From an uncultured Nitrospiraceae bacterium (GTDB taxonomy: Bacteria; Nitrospirota; Nitrospiria; Nitrospirales; Nitrospiraceae), in contig CAVPLT010000004.1 in assembly GCA_963706325.1 (NCBI GenBank), positions 1,072,031 to 1,136,030 on the forward strand: a stretch of 64,000 bases of DNA. Direction: 5' to 3'. Position numbers and translations under genes: made by a program. Positions 63,033 through 64,000 of this stretch are shown piece after piece. The notes below the pieces were generated by a model that saw only the letters and a program-made list of their open reading frames with translations, had not been told where the DNA came from and made no database searches. The first letter of the stretch is position 1, and each line of letters opens with the position of its first letter.

Positions 63033-63384
63033 TCAGACCGGTCGCGCTTCTCCTTGATCTTGGCGGCCTTCCCGCTGCGATCCCGGAGGTAGTAGAGCTT
63101 GGCCCGGCGGACGTCGCCCCGGCGTGACGACCTCGAGCTTGGCGATGATCGGCGAGTGGACCGGGAAGGTGCGCTCGACGCCGACCTGGAAGCTGACCTT
63201 GCGGACCGTGAAGGTCTCCTGCAGGCCCGAGCCCTGGCGGGCGATGACGTGGCCCTGGAAGACCTGGACCCGCTCCCGGGTGCCCTCGACGACGCGGACG
63301 TGCACCTTGACCAGATCGCCCGGCCAGAAGTCGGGGATGTCGGTTCGCAGGCTGTCCTGATCGATCGACGTCGGTGGGTTTCAT
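63033..63384 (-). CDS. rplS: 50S ribosomal protein L19 (frameshifted)
   Basis: [41 protein letters not shown]. Confidence 0.92.
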
Positions 63385-63406
63385 GGCGCGGACGGCTCCT
63401 GGGGCG

Positions 63407-64000
63407 TCACGGGGGGACGGGGAAGTCAGTAGGCGCAGCAGGTGGTATCTCCCTCAACAGCACCCCCTCCTCGTCCGTCAGCCCGCCCCTCGCCTCGAGG
63501 AGGTCGGGCCGCTCTCGCAGCGTGCGGTGGAGGGACTGGGCGTGCCGCCAGCGGGCGATCGCCCCGTGGTCGCCCGAGCGGAGCACCTCGGGCACGTCCA
63601 GGACCGGAACTCGGCCGGCCTGGTGAACTGCGGCTCCTCCAGCAGGCCGCCGCGGCCGAACGACTCGGACTCCGCCGAGCTCTCGTTGCCCATCACGCCG
63701 GCGACGCAGCCGGGTCACGGCCTCGATCGACCACGCACGCGGCCACCTCGCCGCCGGCCAGGACGTAGTCGCCCACGACAGCTCGCCGTCGACGAGGTGC
63801 TGACGCACCCGGTGGTCGACGCCCTCGTAGCGGCCGCACAGCAGGCTGAAGCCGTCGGGGCCGGCGCAGCTCCCGGGCGAGGCCGTGGTCGAACCGCCGG
63901 CCGCCCGGCCCGAGCAGGTACAGCGGCGGGGCGGGTCGGCGGCCTCGACGCTGCGAAGACCGGCTCGGGCCGCAGCACCATCCCGGCGCCGCCTCCGAAG
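63407..64000 (-). CDS. trmD: tRNA (guanine-N1)-methyltransferase, 5' part outside the window (frameshifted)
   Basis: [47 protein letters not shown]. Confidence 0.9.
   Translation of the reverse strand, partial: LRRRRRDGAAARAGLRSVEAADPPRRCTCSGRAAGGSTTASPGSCAGPDGFSLLCGRYEGVDHRVRQHLVDGELSWATTSWPAARWPRAWSIEAVTRLRRRRDGQRELGGVRVVRPRRPAGGAAVHQAGRVPVLDVPEVLRSGDHGAIARWRHAQSLHRTLRERPDLLEARGGLTDEEGVLLREIPPAAPTDFPVPP

Noticed and set aside
46768..64000. Horizontally acquired high-GC island inserted by IS3
   Set aside because: It carries core housekeeping genes (rplS, trmD, rpe), starts mid-gene, has no IS end and has a different error profile.
1..64000. CRISPR arrays, tRNA/rRNA genes, defence systems
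   Set aside because: None was recognised by eye. The helicase-nuclease pair and YraN fit housekeeping repair contexts. A covariance-model search was not possible.

Overview
The window is two unrelated pieces of DNA joined at about 46,767. Bases 1-46,767 are clean, mid-GC sequence (a spot-counted 60-nt line gave 60% GC) that looks like Nitrospira; this taxon call is my inference from gene content and protein style. In order, this part holds: a flagellin-glycosylation block (a giant CgeB-like/methyltransferase/GT2/GT2/TPR protein, two GT9s, a Maf-like/CgeB fusion); fliC-flaG-fliD-fliS-fliT; a PilZ protein; a MinD/FlhG-like ATPase; a chemotaxis operon (HTH-cheR-cheY-cheZ-cheA-cheV-cheB-heme c MCP-cheW); motAB; a STAS/STAS/REC-PP2C/Hpt/REC-kinase partner-switching module; a heparinase II/III-like gene; and a Wzx/Wzy polysaccharide cluster (gmd, fcl, GTs, acetyltransferases, a secreted GH56 hyaluronidase-like protein, a low-GC methyltransferase). 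It ends in decayed IS3 fragments. From about 46,768 the sequence is very high GC (a spot count gave 75%), actinobacterial (Acidimicrobiia-like, inferred) and full of frameshifts, even in rplS, trmD and rpe. It holds two flavodoxin-fold quinone reductases, ndh, psuG, rskA/sigK, an RlmD-like methyltransferase, rpe, an AddAB-like pair, an enoyl-CoA hydratase, yraN, DUF2469, rplS and trmD. This pattern points to a chimeric assembly with an error-rich long-read segment. The most interesting biology is a CheA with a tandem MshEN-like (c-di-GMP-type) insert where P2 normally sits, a heme-c chemoreceptor, a candidate sigma-28 regulon with CsrA-type sites in the fliC leader, a split HsbR-like partner switch, and a bacterial GH56-like hydrolase inside the polysaccharide cluster. 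All calls come from motif reading only; no searches were run.
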